Part shown: piece by piece, positions 1 to 16,844 of the stretch
How positions within the stretch are numbered: the first letter of the stretch is position 1
How the letters are laid out: each line of letters begins with the position of its first letter
DNA from: Eledone cirrhosa
Taxonomy: Eukaryota
Length of the DNA: 64,000 nucleotides
Direction: 5' to 3'
NCBI GenBank assembly: GCA_964016885.1
Contig: OZ024750.1
Span: 9,176,001-9,240,000, forward strand
The notes under the pieces: generated by a model
What the model saw: only the letters and a program-made list of their open reading frames with translations
Databases searched by the model: none
Told to the model about the DNA's origin: nothing
Made by a program: the position numbers and the translations under genes

Positions 1-3465
<3,465 letters not shown>

Positions 3466-3535
3466 TTAAAATAACAGATTAAAGTTTAAGCAAAGAATCG
3501 CTGCTTTCACCCTTAACGGGATCTTCTGAAACTAA
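3466..3535 (-). mobile_element. Short interspersed repeat fragment (PLE-tail-like); other copies at 15955-16120 (+) and 51082-51170
   Basis: Reverse complement of 15955-16028 (AGTTTCAGAAGATCCCG(C/T)TAAGGGTGAAAGCAGCGATTC...). It contains a degenerate HHR-like core CAGAAGA-T-CCC-loop-GGG-T-GAAA. Confidence 0.55.
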
Positions 3536-3584
3536 CAAAGTCAATCTTATATGCATTATATATATGCATATATATATATACAAT

Positions 3585-3832
3585 GGGAAGAAACATAATA
3601 GTACCACTGATGATGTCGCAGATGTGCGACGAAAGAACTTTGATAGACTATATATATCTGTATTTTTAACCGCTGGTCAATCATTGATAAATATTGATTG
3701 CCAAATAAATTAAATATGGCGATATAAATGATACAGAATCGAAAACCAACCCAAACCAAACAGTTAGTGTGTTCTGTTGTTATTTCTGACAATATTATAA
3801 CAATATGACCCTCCCCAAATATGACAATATAT
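3585..3832 (+). mobile_element. PLE-like short element family A, carrying an HHR core
   Basis: Its 3' part (GAAAACCAACCAAACAGT..ATGACCCTCCCCAA..ACAATAT) recurs at 37037-37330 and 52985-53250. Flanked by (TA)n. Confidence 0.7.
3601..3645 (+). ncRNA. Hammerhead ribozyme-like motif (helix I weak)
   Basis: CTGATGA(3607)-T-GTCGCA-gatg-TGCGAC-GAAA-GAACTT: perfect 6-bp helix II between the two conserved boxes. Confidence 0.6.
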
Positions 3833-4027
3833 ATATATTTGTTAAAGCATATTTTAATGAATTTATATATTTCATAAAAGTTATTTTATTTTTATTCTAG
3901 AATGTTTAGTGCATAGAATAACCCAGGGAAACATTTCTTAAAGCATATTTTAATAAATTTATAAATAAACGGTCTATGAATAAGTATACTTAAAGGTAGG
4001 ACGTAATGCCGACATTAGTATTAGAGA

Positions 4028-4305
4028 CAAGGGCTTTGTTTCAGGAGGGTCCCAGGGGACAAGTCCCCCTCCCTTTTTCAAACGTCTATATTTTATTTTT
4101 TGTTTATTTGATATAATAAATTCTTTTTAAGCTTATTTGTTTTTATCTGAACTTCATTTGAATATATAAAATTTAATTAGCGTAAAATTTTCCTTATGTG
4201 ATAGGGTCCGGGAAAGGGACCTTAAGCAATACTAACATGCTCCTTTAAGAATCAACAAATGTTGGTTTGTCCCCCCTCACATTTTTAAGGCAAATGAAGC
4301 CCCTG
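4028..4305. mobile_element. hAT-type MITE with 8-bp TSD
   Basis: Imperfect TIRs CAAGGGCTTTGTTT / AAATGAAGCCCCTG. Identical ATTAGAGA at 4020-4027 and 4306-4313. Confidence 0.8.
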
Positions 4306-4814
4306 ATTAGAGATATATTAGTTCATGTCTCTTTTAGCGCCTACTTATTGGGCTTTGAATACGATGATTGGTTTCCATGACCTCGATATTCTTGCTAGGT
4401 GATGGCATCTCGATATTTCAATATGTTTATCTGCTCCATTATCCCAAGTGTATAACGTATTAATGTTTTCTATGTATTACATAAAACAACATTCTAAGGA
4501 CAGCTGTTTGATGCTGATAGTGGTGATCGTAAAATAACAAACTTTGAGCTATTCCATTATATATATATATGTGTGTGTGCGTGTGCGTGTGTGTATATGG
4601 GTGTGTTTGTATGTGTGCATGTATGTGTATTGCTTGTGTGTTTGTTTGTGCGTGTGTATGTATGTGTTTGTGTGTGTATGCGTGTGTTTGTTTATATGTG
4701 TGCGTGTGTTTGTGTGTTTGTGTATGTGCGTATATATATATGTATATGTGCTTGTTTATGTATGTGCGTATATATATATATGTATATGTGTTTGTTTATG
4801 TATGTATGTGTGTG

Positions 4815-4869
<55 letters not shown>

Positions 4870-5197
4870 AATATATGTGTCACTGTTCCCTTAACCTGGT
4901 CTGTTGCTAAGTCGACATATTTGTTATTATTGAAACACCTTTGTCAGTATTGCTATTGTAATCCATTAACTAAGGTTCCGGTTAAGAAGAATCTACAATG
5001 AATCCCAGTCGACATCCAAGATTTCTGTTCACCTATTTAGACACAAGGCGCTTTGAGTCGTCACGTCTGCATGGTAATTACCAGCCTATGACAAAGAGAA
5101 ACTTCCATGTAAAATTCTGTCACAACAAATTTCTCACTCGAAGTTAATGATACGATAGCATTAGTATTATTTGGTAGTCACTAAGGAGATCCTAAGC

Positions 5198-5432
5198 AGG
5201 TGAGAAGCTCTGAAGAGGGAGAGGAACTCTGAAGAAGGTGAGAAGTTCTGAGAAAGGTGTGGTGCTCTGAAGAAGGTGAGGTGTACTGAAGAAGGTGAGA
5301 AGCTCTGAAGAAGGAGAAGAGCTCTGAAGAAGGTGAGGTGTACTGAAGAAGGTGAGAAGCTCTGAAGAAGGAGAAGAGCTCCGAAGAAGGGGAGGAGTTC
5401 TGAAGAAGTTGAGGTGCTTTGAAGAAGATGAG
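5198..5432. repeat. ~19-bp minisatellite (GAAGAAGGTGAGAAGCTCT)n
   Basis: About 12 degenerate tandem units. Confidence 0.9.
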
Positions 5433-5860
5433 TATTTCGTTGAGAAGAACTATATTTTCTAATAACTCTATCTTTTTAAAATAACGGCAGAACTTTTACT
5501 ATATGCTGATATATTATATTTGCGATAGCAGGAGAATACAGATTAGGTGTGCTGAAAGAAGAAATGTTCATGAAACTGGGTATAACTACAGCTTAGTGCA
5601 CATCCCTCACCTTCATTTGTATCCTCATATATTTCTTAATAATAATAATATCTATATATATATGAAAAATTCAGGACTCCGACAGCTTAGTTCAGGCCGT
5701 TTCAACAGCTAGATCCGAACTCCAAGTATCAAGTACTTCGGGGAGTAATAGTCTAACTGGTTTTTGCCACTTCCATTCTGATATATATATATATATATAT
5801 ATAGCAAAGTTTGAATCTAACCCGTCGGGGTTCTGACTCTTTTCATATATATATATATAT

Positions 5861-5909
<49 letters not shown>

Positions 5910-7099
5910 GGAAGTTTGTTTGGAAGGCGGCGAGCGAAGTTTAGATTTGAAACAGAAATAGAAGCCTCGTCGTAATATGGACTGTAATACAAATAAATAT
6001 GGTTTATCTCAGAATGTAACGAATTGAAACGAATGTGGTTAAGTATTTGTCTAACGTTCTAATGACTCTAGCAATTTACCGCCAAGAGACTGGTCTAATA
6101 ATACAGAAACGTGTTTGGAATTGTCAACTTGTCAGTCAAAGATCAAATTATTTATTATTCACTGCATTGCTTATTTCTGATATTGATTAATTGAGACTTC
6201 GATGCATCAATGTTAAAAAAACAGCAACAAACAACTCAATAACCTGATTCTGAATTGTCACCTTTGTCATTGTTTGATTTACGCATGACTCAATGTTTGT
6301 CTATCTTCGATAAAGGTGTAGTCTTGATTAATTAATCTTAGCGTGCTCGCCACATTAACTACATTAGAGCTTATTTTAGTTTGTAAATAGATACAATGAT
6401 GGAAGACCAGATTGTCGCTGGAAGCAATGGAAATATTATTGGAGAGAGCTTTGTTACGTTCCAGTACTTTGGAAGACATTTTTGTTTTAGAAAAGAAAAT
6501 ACAAAAAATTTAATTAGTATTTTTTTTACTTTATTGATACTATTGTTAATTTGACATGTCTTATAAACAAAAAAAATAAGAATGTTTAGTATGATATTAT
6601 TTAGAGGCAGTGAAGACATTCCTAACCGGAACTACTGCCGTTTGGAAGACTTTCCCTGCTGACATTGCTTCGACTCACTTCAGGCTATAAAAATTAATTC
6701 TGAACTATAAATTCATACATCCCACTAGTCTGAAAGGTTCTGCAAATGTCGAGGCCGTACTCCTTTCTTCATCTCTTCCTCCAATACCTTGCGGGTAGGA
6801 CGAGTTTTACATGGCTTAGAACAACTCTCAGAAACTGATGTATTCAAATGTTTAAGTCTTCAATGTTTAATACACACATTGTATTTCGCTTACACTCCGC
6901 GCACTACACACAACAATAGTTAATGTAAAGCTAAGATAATGGATACTTTTAACAAACCACACTTGCTTTTTGTGTGTGTCAGTGAGTGTATAGGTATGTT
7001 AGTGTATGTATATATATGTTTATGCATGTGTGTGTTTGCGTGTGTGTATGTATATATGTATGTATGTTTATGTATGTATGTTTATGTATGTATGTATTG

Positions 7100-7711
7100 T
7101 GTCAGGTCACCAGTTGGTGCTACTGGTAACATGTATCCCAGTACAACCTGTCTCATGGTCGGGTCGTTGGCGACTAAACTGGCAACCCCAGCAAGGTTTC
7201 TTGGTGAGGAGGGTGACTTTAGACATTCTGCAGGACTAAAAACAAAACCTGTCAAAGGGCAAAGGAGCTCTTAAGAGTCAATGGCAATCCAAAATCACCG
7301 GGAGAGATGACCCCTTAGCCTTTGTCAAGGCAGAATTCTAGGAGAATGAAAACTCTGATATAACACCTGAAACCCTGATGGTATCCAATGATGTTGACTT
7401 GTTCTTCTTTTTGGTAAATATCATCTTGGTTAAGAGAGTGGGACTGGCTTTGTGCAGTGCCTTTGCTCACTATAAAAGCTTCACAGCACAGGCATTGCTT
7501 TATATCTGGAGATCTCTCTGCACTTGTCGTCACATGGTACCATGGGACCAGCACTGTGTGTCAATAATTGTCACAGGTGTAGTGTTTGTACCAGAGTTTT
7601 CAAGTCGCTGGCTGGAATAAAAAGTCACACTCATTCAGCGCATCGGTAGGGGTTCTCCTACATGAATATAAAGTAGTGGCTGTACTCGAAAACGAGTTGG
7701 CAGCCACCATG
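7100..7711 (+). mobile_element. ~610-bp interspersed non-coding repeat with (TATG)n tail
   Basis: High-identity copies at 59406-60005 (-) and 43369-43898 (-), partial at 58480-58730 (+) and 56540-56685. Ends in GAGTTGGCAGCCACCATG followed by (TATG)n. Confidence 0.85.
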
Positions 7712-7922
7712 TATGTATGTATGTTTAAGTAAGTATGTATGTATGTTTATGTATGTATGTTTATGTAAGTATGTATGTATGAATGTATGTTTATTTATGT
7801 ATGCTAATGTGCATATGTATGTAAGTATGTATGTATGTTTATGTATGTATGTATGTATGTATGTAAGTATATAAGTATGTATGTATGTTTATGTAAGTAT
7901 TTAAATATGTATTGATATTATA

Positions 7923-7979
<57 letters not shown>

Positions 7980-8339
7980 ATTTGCTAGTGTTGTTGGTCA
8001 TATAATTTTAATAGTTGTTATGTTTAATAATTTAGTAGACATATATCTTCAGGCAATTCAATTGTTTTTTCCTCCATTCGTTTTAGTTCTTCTTTCCTGA
8101 TATTTTAGTTAGAAACAAAAAAAAAGATGATTTTTCCTAGTTTTGATTCTATATTTTTTCTAAATTGTGGATTTTTTTTTATTTCTTAATGTTTCTAAAT
8201 CTTTTACACTTTTTTATTTACAGTGTTTGTTTGTTTGTTTGTTTGTTTGTTTGTAAGTGGAAATTATTGACCAAGTAAAGCTTATAAATGAATACTACTG
8301 GTACCATAAGTAAATAGACCATAGGAATAACAACTACAA

Positions 8340-8550
8340 CAATGATGGTGGTGGTGATAGTGGTGATAGTGGTGATGATATGATGACGGTGATGATGGTG
8401 GTGATGGTGGTGGTTGTGATGATGACGATGGCAATGGTGGTGGTGATGGTTGTGATGGTCGTGGTGATGATGATGGTGGTGGGGGTGATGATGATGATGA
8501 TGATGATGACGACGATGGCAATAGTGGTGATGATGATGGAGGGGGGGGGG
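8340..8550. repeat. (GAT/GGT)n trinucleotide repeat
   Basis: Mixed GAT/GGT/GAC triplets. Confidence 0.9.
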
Positions 8551-8879
8551 ACATAGGCAGAAGACAACAAATTTAATGGGGAAATTTGTAATCGATTATA
8601 TGATATTTATTATATCGATCCTCAAAACCATTCAAAGACACAAATAAAAGATTTTATGGGCAAAACCAACAGGCAAGAGACCCAGAGGTAGACCCCGGGG
8701 AGCAAGATGGTTGGATAACATCGATTGAGCTTGGCTGGTCTCGCTTGGGAAGGCAGGTGGATCAGTTGGAGATGGTTGCTTCTGATAGGACCCGTAGGAA
8801 GGACTGTTTGAAGATTCTGCTACCCTACGACCCTCTCAGGAGGAAGAAGAAGAAGAACGCAAAATAGAACGCAAAAAAG

Positions 8880-9030
8880 AAAGAAGGCAAAAAAAAAGAA
8901 AGGAGGCAAAGTAAGAAGGCAAAAAAAAAAGAAAGGAGGCAAAGTAAGAAGGCAAAAAAAAAAGAAAGGAGGCAAAGTAAGAAGGCAAAAAAAAAAAGAA
9001 AGGAGGCAAAGTAAGAAGGCAAAAAAAGGA
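8880..9030. repeat. ~33-bp A-rich minisatellite (AAAGGAGGCAAAGTAAGAAGGCA(n)G), about 4 copies
   Basis: Direct tandem copies with a variable A-run. Confidence 0.9.
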
Positions 9031-9293
9031 GGAGGAAGTGGAAGTAGGTCCGCGTCTCTGTATAACATTGGGTACAGCATGCTTTATAGAAAAAAACATA
9101 GTCTTTATTAAGGATATTTAGCTGCCATATTTAGCACATCGAAACAACATTTATATGACCCTTCACAGAAAATTAATCTTAATATATATATAGCCTCCTG
9201 TACACCTTTATAATTGTGTGTATTTTTCTTGCATTTTTCTTGTGTCTTCTCTCTTTTTTTTTAAATTCCAAGTAATGATTAATTACTTTCTCT

Positions 9294-9717
9294 GTACCGC
9301 CAAGACATGTCTCTCTCTCTCTCTCTCTCACTATTTCTACCGCCAAGACATGTCTCTCTCTTTCACTATTTCTACCGCCAAGACATGTCTCTCTCTCACT
9401 ATTTCTACCGCCAAGACATGTCTCTCTCTCTCACTATTTCTACCGCCAAGACATGTCTCTCTCTTTCACTATTTCTACCGCGAAGACATGTCTCTCTCTT
9501 TCACTATTTCTACCGCCAAGACATGTCTCTCTCTCTCACTATTTCTACCGCCAAGACATGTCTCTCTCTCTCACTATTTCTACCGCCAAGACATGTCTCT
9601 CTCTTTCACTATTGCTACCGCCAAGACATGTCTCTCTCTTTCACTATTGCTACCGCCAAGACATGTCTCTCTCTTTCACTATTGCTACCGCCAAGACATG
9701 TCTCTCTCTCACTATTT
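9294..9717. repeat. ~33-37-bp minisatellite (TACCGCCAAGACATGTCTCTCTCT(TT)CACTATTTC), about 12 copies
   Basis: Near-identical tandem units with a variable (CT)n and no unique spacers. Confidence 0.95.
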
Positions 9718-10659
9718 CTTCGTTTTTTTGCGGGGAGGAGGTTACTCTATTTATTATACATCACTCTATATTTCTCTCTTACTTACTCTCTCCCCTTCCA
9801 ACTCTCTCTCCCTCTCTTTCTTTTACTCCCTTCTTTCTCTCCACATTGTCAGAGACGGACTTACTTCCTTCTTCTTCTTCTTCTTGAAGACAATTTATTA
9901 TTCACCTTCCTTGTATTTAACAATTCTTTCTAACCCCCCCCCCCTCCCAGTATTCAACTCGATATAAAACCTAATTCACCCCTCCTCCTCTTTTCTTTCT
10001 TCCTATGTACATTCACACAGATTTCTTATTTGTTTTCTCTCACACTTATTGTATTGTTTTACAGTGATAGATCTTTTTTTATTACTCTAAAATGTATCTA
10101 TGCTTCCGTCTAAAGTCCAAAGTCTGTCTTAAGCCAGAAGGCTCATTTGGCCGGTGCTTATCCCGGTTTCATGTTGTGAAGCGGACAGGAGCGGAGATGG
10201 CCGCCCGCACGTGCAAGCCCTACGAGGTGAAGTGACCGTTCGAGCGCCTCTTCCTCGCCGAAATCCGTGGGGTGGAATATGTTCTCCATCATCTCCGCTG
10301 CCGGCGGGACCACAGGGACGGAAGGTTAAGTTAGTTGGTGTTGGAGGTAGCTCGTTCGGACGTCACTTTCGCAGACGTATTGAATACTTGACTTAAACTA
10401 TTTAGAAACTATATTAAAATAGTTATAAAGATACAGAGTTCAAGAGATATTCGCCATATATAATTTGATATATTGTTTGACCTATCAGCAGTTTATTAAA
10501 TATTTATGTGTGTTATCTGTATTTCAGGACTTCTCTATATATTAGAGCGGTTGTAACCAAGTAACGAAGCCCTTCTGTGTTGAAATTTGACGTATAAATG
10601 TGTACGTGTGTATAAATAAATATTACTTTATACACACATTAACTATGTTTGTATGATTA

Positions 10660-10836
10660 ATATAAATATGGATGTATGTACACACACACACATATATATA
10701 TATATGTATACGTACACACACACACATATATATATATGTATGCATATATATATAGGTATGTATATATATATATATATACGTATCTATGTATGTATATATA
10801 TATGTATCTATGTATGTATATATATATGTATATATG

Positions 10837-10868
<32 letters not shown>

Positions 10869-11268
10869 TATAATATATATACATAAATATATATATATGC
10901 ATAAATATATATATATGCATGTATGTATATATATATATATACATATATATATATACGTATGTATATATGTATATATGTATGTATATACATATATATACGT
11001 ATGTATGTATATATATACGTATGTATGTATGTATATATGTATATATATATATATGTGTATATATATATATATATATATGTGTGTGTATGTATGTATGTAT
11101 ATATGTATGTGTGTATGTATGTATATATGTATATGTATATGTATGTATATATGTATATATATATATGTATATGTATATATATATGTATATGTATATGTAT
11201 ATATATATGTATATATATATGTATATGTATATATACATATATATGTATATATATATGTATATGTATAT

Positions 11269-11314
<46 letters not shown>

Positions 11315-11610
11315 ACATATATATGTATCTTATATTATGTATACTCCAGTCCTACAAACTGTAGAGTGCTTCTTATCCGATATCTGCATTGCTTTATTGT
11401 ACTACAATAAAACTCACCTCCTACATTATGTACATATATATATACATATATATATACAAATATATATACAAATATATATACATATATACACATATATATA
11501 TACATATATACACACATATATATACACATATATATATATGTATATATATATATATGTATATATATGTGTATATATATGTATATATATGTGTATATATATG
11601 TATTTATGTT
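10660..11610. repeat. (TA)/(TG)/(CA) compound microsatellite
   Basis: Alternating purine-pyrimidine runs. Confidence 0.95.
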
Positions 11611-12919
11611 TTTAAGTATGTATAACTTCATCATATACACATATAGCAGCAGAGGCGTAAAGTCTAAGACACTATCATAAGTGTTGGTGCAATTTGTTAC
11701 CTTAGAGATGCCGCGGCATTTGACAGTTAATTTATACTTCAACATAGAGATAAATACTTTGATACAAGCTTCTTACATTAGTGACTTACTTCAAGCAAGC
11801 GTTTTCTCTCAGTTATTTACAATACCAGTTTCGACGCCATCTTGACAGAGATAGAATAAATAAAACAGCTATAGTTTTCGTCCCAACGTGTATTGATAAC
11901 ATTGCTAATTTTAAATAAACATAAAGTTCAATATTTGTTTAAGACGCATCATTATAAATGTAAAGGGTAAACCATTCAACAGTTCGGAAAATCGAATTTC
12001 AATGGCAGCGACTCTTCGTTTAGTTAGTTAACAAATAAAACAAACGAGAAGTATAGTTTTTCATGATATCTATTTGAGATGATATCATATCACGTGTAGT
12101 TTTTGCTTTTTATCTACTGATATCCCCCCTGGAAACATTTACTTTTTAAACGTTTGCATCTCATTATATGACAATAAGTAATGTACTATATCGATTTCGA
12201 AAGAACAATATTATAAAGTGAATAAAGCCTCGCGTTTTCTTTCTAATCAAATAAAGATATACATTAGGAGCATCAGAAAACCGAATGAAATCAAACCACC
12301 GCCTACAACTCTGATATTTCGTCTCCTGTCATCTCATTTGTGCTGTTTCATTGACCTAAACCATTAGATCTCAACATTTTGTAGCTCAGCACCTCTTTCA
12401 TCAAATTGCAATTTGTAAAGCACTCAGCCCCGAATCCCCCCCCCCTCCAAAAAAAACAACAACAAAAAAAACCCCTCAGATTCTTTAAACAGAACTGAAG
12501 CTATTTATGTGCAGCGGTTTATTATCTACACTAGCAGAAAAATCACCATTCGGGTGGTTTTCTGCTACCATGTGTAGTGTGCATATTGATATTATACGCA
12601 AGTATATATACATGTAAATATGATACATCAAATAAAATCGTAATTGACAATATACACAGAAATTGAAAGAAGACTACGTTACACTGTCTTATGTAATCAG
12701 TAACGTAATCCATGATACAGTAAAAATAATGATACATTATATATAAACTGCATAAGGAGAAAATTAGTGACGGAAATATATGAATGTTTATTTAAGCGAT
12801 CGCTAACAGGAAGTGTTGACATTTAAAAATTCTAAAGAAGTGAATCTTAAAATAAGCAATAAAATATATTCAATCAAAAGCTACAAAATTCAGCAGATAA
12901 ATTATGTAATATTCATTCA

Positions 12920-13022
12920 TTATTTATTCAAAGTAATCCAACTTATTTTACAAACGGGATAAAAAATTATATTCTGGACGCAGTCCCGCACTCCTTTCTT
13001 TATTATAGTTAAGATTTTCCTA
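12920..13022. repeat. Interspersed repeat; inverted copy at 55005-55115
   Basis: ATTATTTATTCAAAGTAATCCAA..GGACGCAGTCCCGCACTCC matches the reverse complement of 55005-55115. Confidence 0.75.
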
Positions 13023-13272
13023 TCCTATCCTACCGAGTATGTATATGTAATTTTTGTTATATTTGTGTGTATTAGTGTTCCCCGATGTTAAACCTTTAAT
13101 AGAAATTACTAAAAAAATAAAAGTGAGGACTAGTATAATTGTTTCTGATTTAGACACAACGCTAACAATTTTGCCTTTCATCCTTACGAGGTCGATAAAA
13201 TAAAGTACCAGTAATGTACTGGGTAATTGCTGGCCTTGTGCCAAAAGTAGAAACAATTATTTGTTGTGCAAT

Positions 13273-13462
13273 AAGGTGGATTGGCAGTATCGGTAGAGAG
13301 TCGGACGCCATGCTTTGGAGCATAGAGTTAAGGCCCTTTATGATCTGAGTTCAAATCCCGCCGAGGTTAACTTTGCCTTTCATCCTTACGGGGTCGATAA
13401 AATAAAGTACCAGTGATGCACTGGAGTAATTTATGACCTTGTACCAAAAGTAGAAACAATTA
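13273..13462 (+). mobile_element. tRNA-derived SINE, family 1 (partial copy at 13165-13260)
   Basis: A-box TGGCAGTATCGG, B-box GAGTTCAAATCC, central GCCTTTCATCCTTACGGGGTCGATAAAATAAAGTACCAG, tail GCCTTGTGCCAAAAGTAGAAACAATT. About 20 copies in the window. Confidence 0.9.
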
Positions 13463-14106
13463 TTTGTTGGTGCATCAAAGCGTACGAGAGCTGCAAAAGA
13501 TAGAAATCTTGAGGAGGCGGTGATAAATGGGTTATTCATTATGTTCCTGCACTAACAACAACCATGGTGTAATATCTCAAAGGGCTGCTGATAATCTGGT
13601 TAGGTTGATAGGCATAAAAAATGTGAAGCTCGTGACGGGCGGTTATGGTGATTTAAATATCTCCATGGAACAGTTAAATAACCATTCATGCTTGAGAAAG
13701 CAGAATCATTCAGGAAAAGGTTAATTAACGCAATTAGATATGAATAACTTCTAATTTCCTAAGTGTATAATGAGAAATAAGCTGGGTTATGGTTAGCGGT
13801 CACTAACTCGGAATATCCAAGCTTTTAAGAATGAAAAACACAAACCTAGTCACAAATCAAATGAAGGTTTTTCGGGTTTGTGTTGCTCGAATACAGACCG
13901 TATAAATGTTTTATAGTTAGTGGTAGCAGGGATATTAGCATCTCCCTGAGCTTTGAAAGACACAAGGAACCAATGCATTCATACAATTTCAACAAATTGC
14001 AGTTTAGCATGAATATAGTTAACGACTGGGTCTCCTTTCATTTCATTCTCATGGTGCAAAAAATCCCAGGAAGATCTCGCCAAACGATTCTAAGTTTGGA
14101 AAAGCG

Positions 14107-14352
14107 AGGTGGTCCACCAGGTGGTCACTCAGGTGGTGACTCAGGTGGTGACTCAGGTGGTGACTCAGGTGGTGACTCAGGTGGTCACACAGGTGGTCAC
14201 TCAGGTGGTCCACCAGATGGTGACCCAGGTGGTGACTCAGGTGGTGACTCATGTGGTCACTCATGTGGTCACTCAGGTGGTCACTCAGGTGGTCACTCAG
14301 GTGGTCCACCAGATGGTGACCCAGGTGGTCACTCAGGTGGTCACTCAGGTGT
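14107..14352. repeat. 12-bp minisatellite (CAGGTGGT(C/G)ACT)n
   Basis: About 20 units. In frame it reads GGHS/GGDS/GGPP. Confidence 0.92.
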
Positions 14353-15291
14353 ATGATTGAGAGTGTGTTTATGTGGGTGGTGTGGGGGGTTTGTGGGTGG
14401 GTGGGTGTACTTAGAACTACACAGACGATATCAAACGCAGCAGGATTAATTCGTCAAGGATGTCGCGGCTCTGACAAGCTCGATATCTGATAAAAATGTC
14501 ATACATGATGATAAATATGACAAAATTTAAAAGTGAAACAAGGAGCGTCTTCAGATCTAAATGTAAAGCTAACATTTTTACTATGTAAAAAAATAAACTT
14601 CAAGTATTGGGTCGTCAAGTATGAAATTTGTTTTTTTTTCCATAAGTTTATACAAATTTCATACTTGTACAGGGGTGTCTTCTTAAAATATATGATTTAC
14701 TTTAAGATAGAAGAAGGTATTAGTGTTTGTTTGAAAGTCTCTAAAATAAATACCTAGAAATTAAAAAAGGCAGATGCCTCGCTCTTTTTCTTTTCTTTTT
14801 GTCAGATTAGAGAATATATTTTTATATTAAGAAATCCCATATATAATCCCTGATCCCTTGCGTTCTTCTTTTCTAGTATATACACATATATAGCGACTGT
14901 CCCCTTGCGTTCCCTTTTCTAGTACACACATATATAGCGACTGTCCCCTTGCGTTCTCCTTTTCCATACACATATATACAGCCACTCTCCCCTTCCGTTC
15001 TCCTATTCCACACACATATTCGAAGCTGTTTTAGTGTGTCTAAGAATCCTAAATTTGGATCGATGATGTATAACTTGTCACCTGCGAGCAATGCACCGTG
15101 TTCCAGAAAATTAATAATCAATTTATCTGTAAATTATCACGTTAGATAGCTACAGGTAACTACCGTTAGCAGTATATGTGTGGTATGGTTGACATACGTG
15201 TTTCAGTTATTTTACAGAGTTGAATAACCACCAGTAATTCACTGAATCACCTACACTATATGTGTGTATGTATGTATGTATGTATGTATGT

Positions 15292-15329
<38 letters not shown>

Positions 15330-15349
15330 ATACATATATATATATATTT

Positions 15350-15655
15350 AGAAAATGAGGTTTTTAAAAAAGAAAAGATAAAAAGAAAAAAACGAGATGT
15401 CCCACACGGGTGAAAATATAAGGAAAAGAAATTGAAAATGCGACTGGAGTCCTTTAAGAATATTTATTTACTTTACCGGTTTCACAGTTCTTATAATTTT
15501 CAACAGTAACGATGCGACACAAACCACAACAGAAACAGAAACCCTCCATCTCAATTTTACTTTTGAAAATCATAAGAACTGTGAAACTGGTAAAGTAAAT
15601 AAATAAATATTCTTAAAAGACTCCAGTTGCATTTTTAATTTCTTTTCTTTATATA
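15350..15655. mobile_element. Head-to-head pair of PLE-like family B elements (U3-A8 HHR family)
   Basis: 15424-15510 is the reverse complement of 15557-15648. Same family at 35775-35980 and 50360-50505. Confidence 0.75.
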
Positions 15656-15734
15656 TATATATATATATGTCAGCACCAACAGTTTTGCAAGAGATGTCAA
15701 CATGAATGGACTTGTTATTTTTATCTAAAGACAT

Positions 15735-15925
15735 TTTTTTCCAATTCCATCCCGCCCGTCCCCTCAATCTATCTTATTTCTCATTCTTTCTTCTGATCAG
15801 GGACTAGCGTCCGAAACGTTAAGACCCTCTTCCTGCTATATCAAGCGTTAATCTAATATATCCCTTCCATATACTGTACCGATTGTGTTGTTATTTCTGT
15901 TTACCTTTTACATTAATCTATTTTA
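15735..15925 (+). mobile_element. PLE-like family C element (second copy 50155-50298, tail fragment 44610-44663)
   Basis: Shared sequence AATTCCATCCCGCCCGTCCCCTCAATCTA... The HHR motif at 15789-15824 has a mutated box (CTGATCA). Confidence 0.75.
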
Positions 15926-16667
15926 ATATGTATATATATATATATATATATATAAGTTTCAGAAGATCCCGCTAAGGGTGAAAGCAGCGATTCTTTGCTT
16001 AAACTTTAATCTGTTATTTTAATAAATATTTGCTTTAGGGTTCTTATATATTTTTTATATATATTTATCCTTACCAAGCCCTCTTTGGATTTTAGTCTTC
16101 ACATTTATTATTATTACTATATATATATATCTTGAATATACGTGAGTCCTTTAGTATGGAAGAAATAGTTGTTTCAGTGCATTAGATGTACAGCTAATGC
16201 TGTATTTTAAGTAAGAAGACAAATAATCTAAAACAGAAGAATTGAACACTTTATTTTTATAAAGTGCAAACCACTCTAGATATTACTTATATTGTACAAA
16301 TACAGAGAGAGAGAGAGAGATGCACACACACACTCACACACACACTCACACACACACACGCGCGCACGCGCACGCACACACACACACACACTTACACACA
16401 CACGTATATATTATTATATTATATATCTATATAGCTCACCATTTATATAGAAATAGCATATCAGTTAAGACCAAACAACACAACACAAACTGTAACTTCA
16501 CTAATGGTATACTTAACAGTAAAACTTTACGAAATACATAGATAGATATGAAAAATAAAAATATAAAAAAATATCTTCAGCCAACATAATAGCACTTAGT
16601 TAATGTGACTTCATTAATAATCCATTAATTCATTCTTTTCTAATATTCATATCATTTTAGCTAAATT

Positions 16668-16806
16668 CTGTCATGGACAAACCGTGGCTCGTTTGGCTTT
16701 CTGAAAGGCACGCCTCAGTAGGAATTTTTCAGTAGTGCGGCCCACCTTATGATGAACCATATCCTATGTGGCCCACTGTTCGAAAAAGATTGCCCATGCA
16801 TGCCTG
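16668..16806. mobile_element. hAT (Charlie-like) MITE; related copy at 48774-49051
   Basis: Termini C(A/T)GTCATGG(G/A)CAA / TTGCCCATG..CCTG with internal TGCGGCCC motifs. Confidence 0.65.
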
Positions 16807-16844
16807 GTATATAAAACGTTTTAATATGTAATGCATTATTTGTG

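Noticed and set aside
5198-5432. Multiple CTGAAGA boxes suggesting tandem hammerheads
   Set aside because: No helix II or GAAA box follows. This is a purine-rich minisatellite.
6390-6500. FVTFQYFGRHF, resembling an RT FKYLG motif
   Set aside because: Too short and degenerate, with no flanking RT motifs recognisable.
7315-7620. Conserved 73-92 aa ORFs recurring at 7.3, 43.5 and 59.5 kb
   Set aside because: Conservation reflects repeat copies. Indels shift the ORF ends and no domain is recognisable.
9294-9717. CRISPR-like regular ~35-bp repeats with an internal palindrome AGACATGTCT
   Set aside because: No unique spacers, eukaryotic context and no cas genes. This is a minisatellite.
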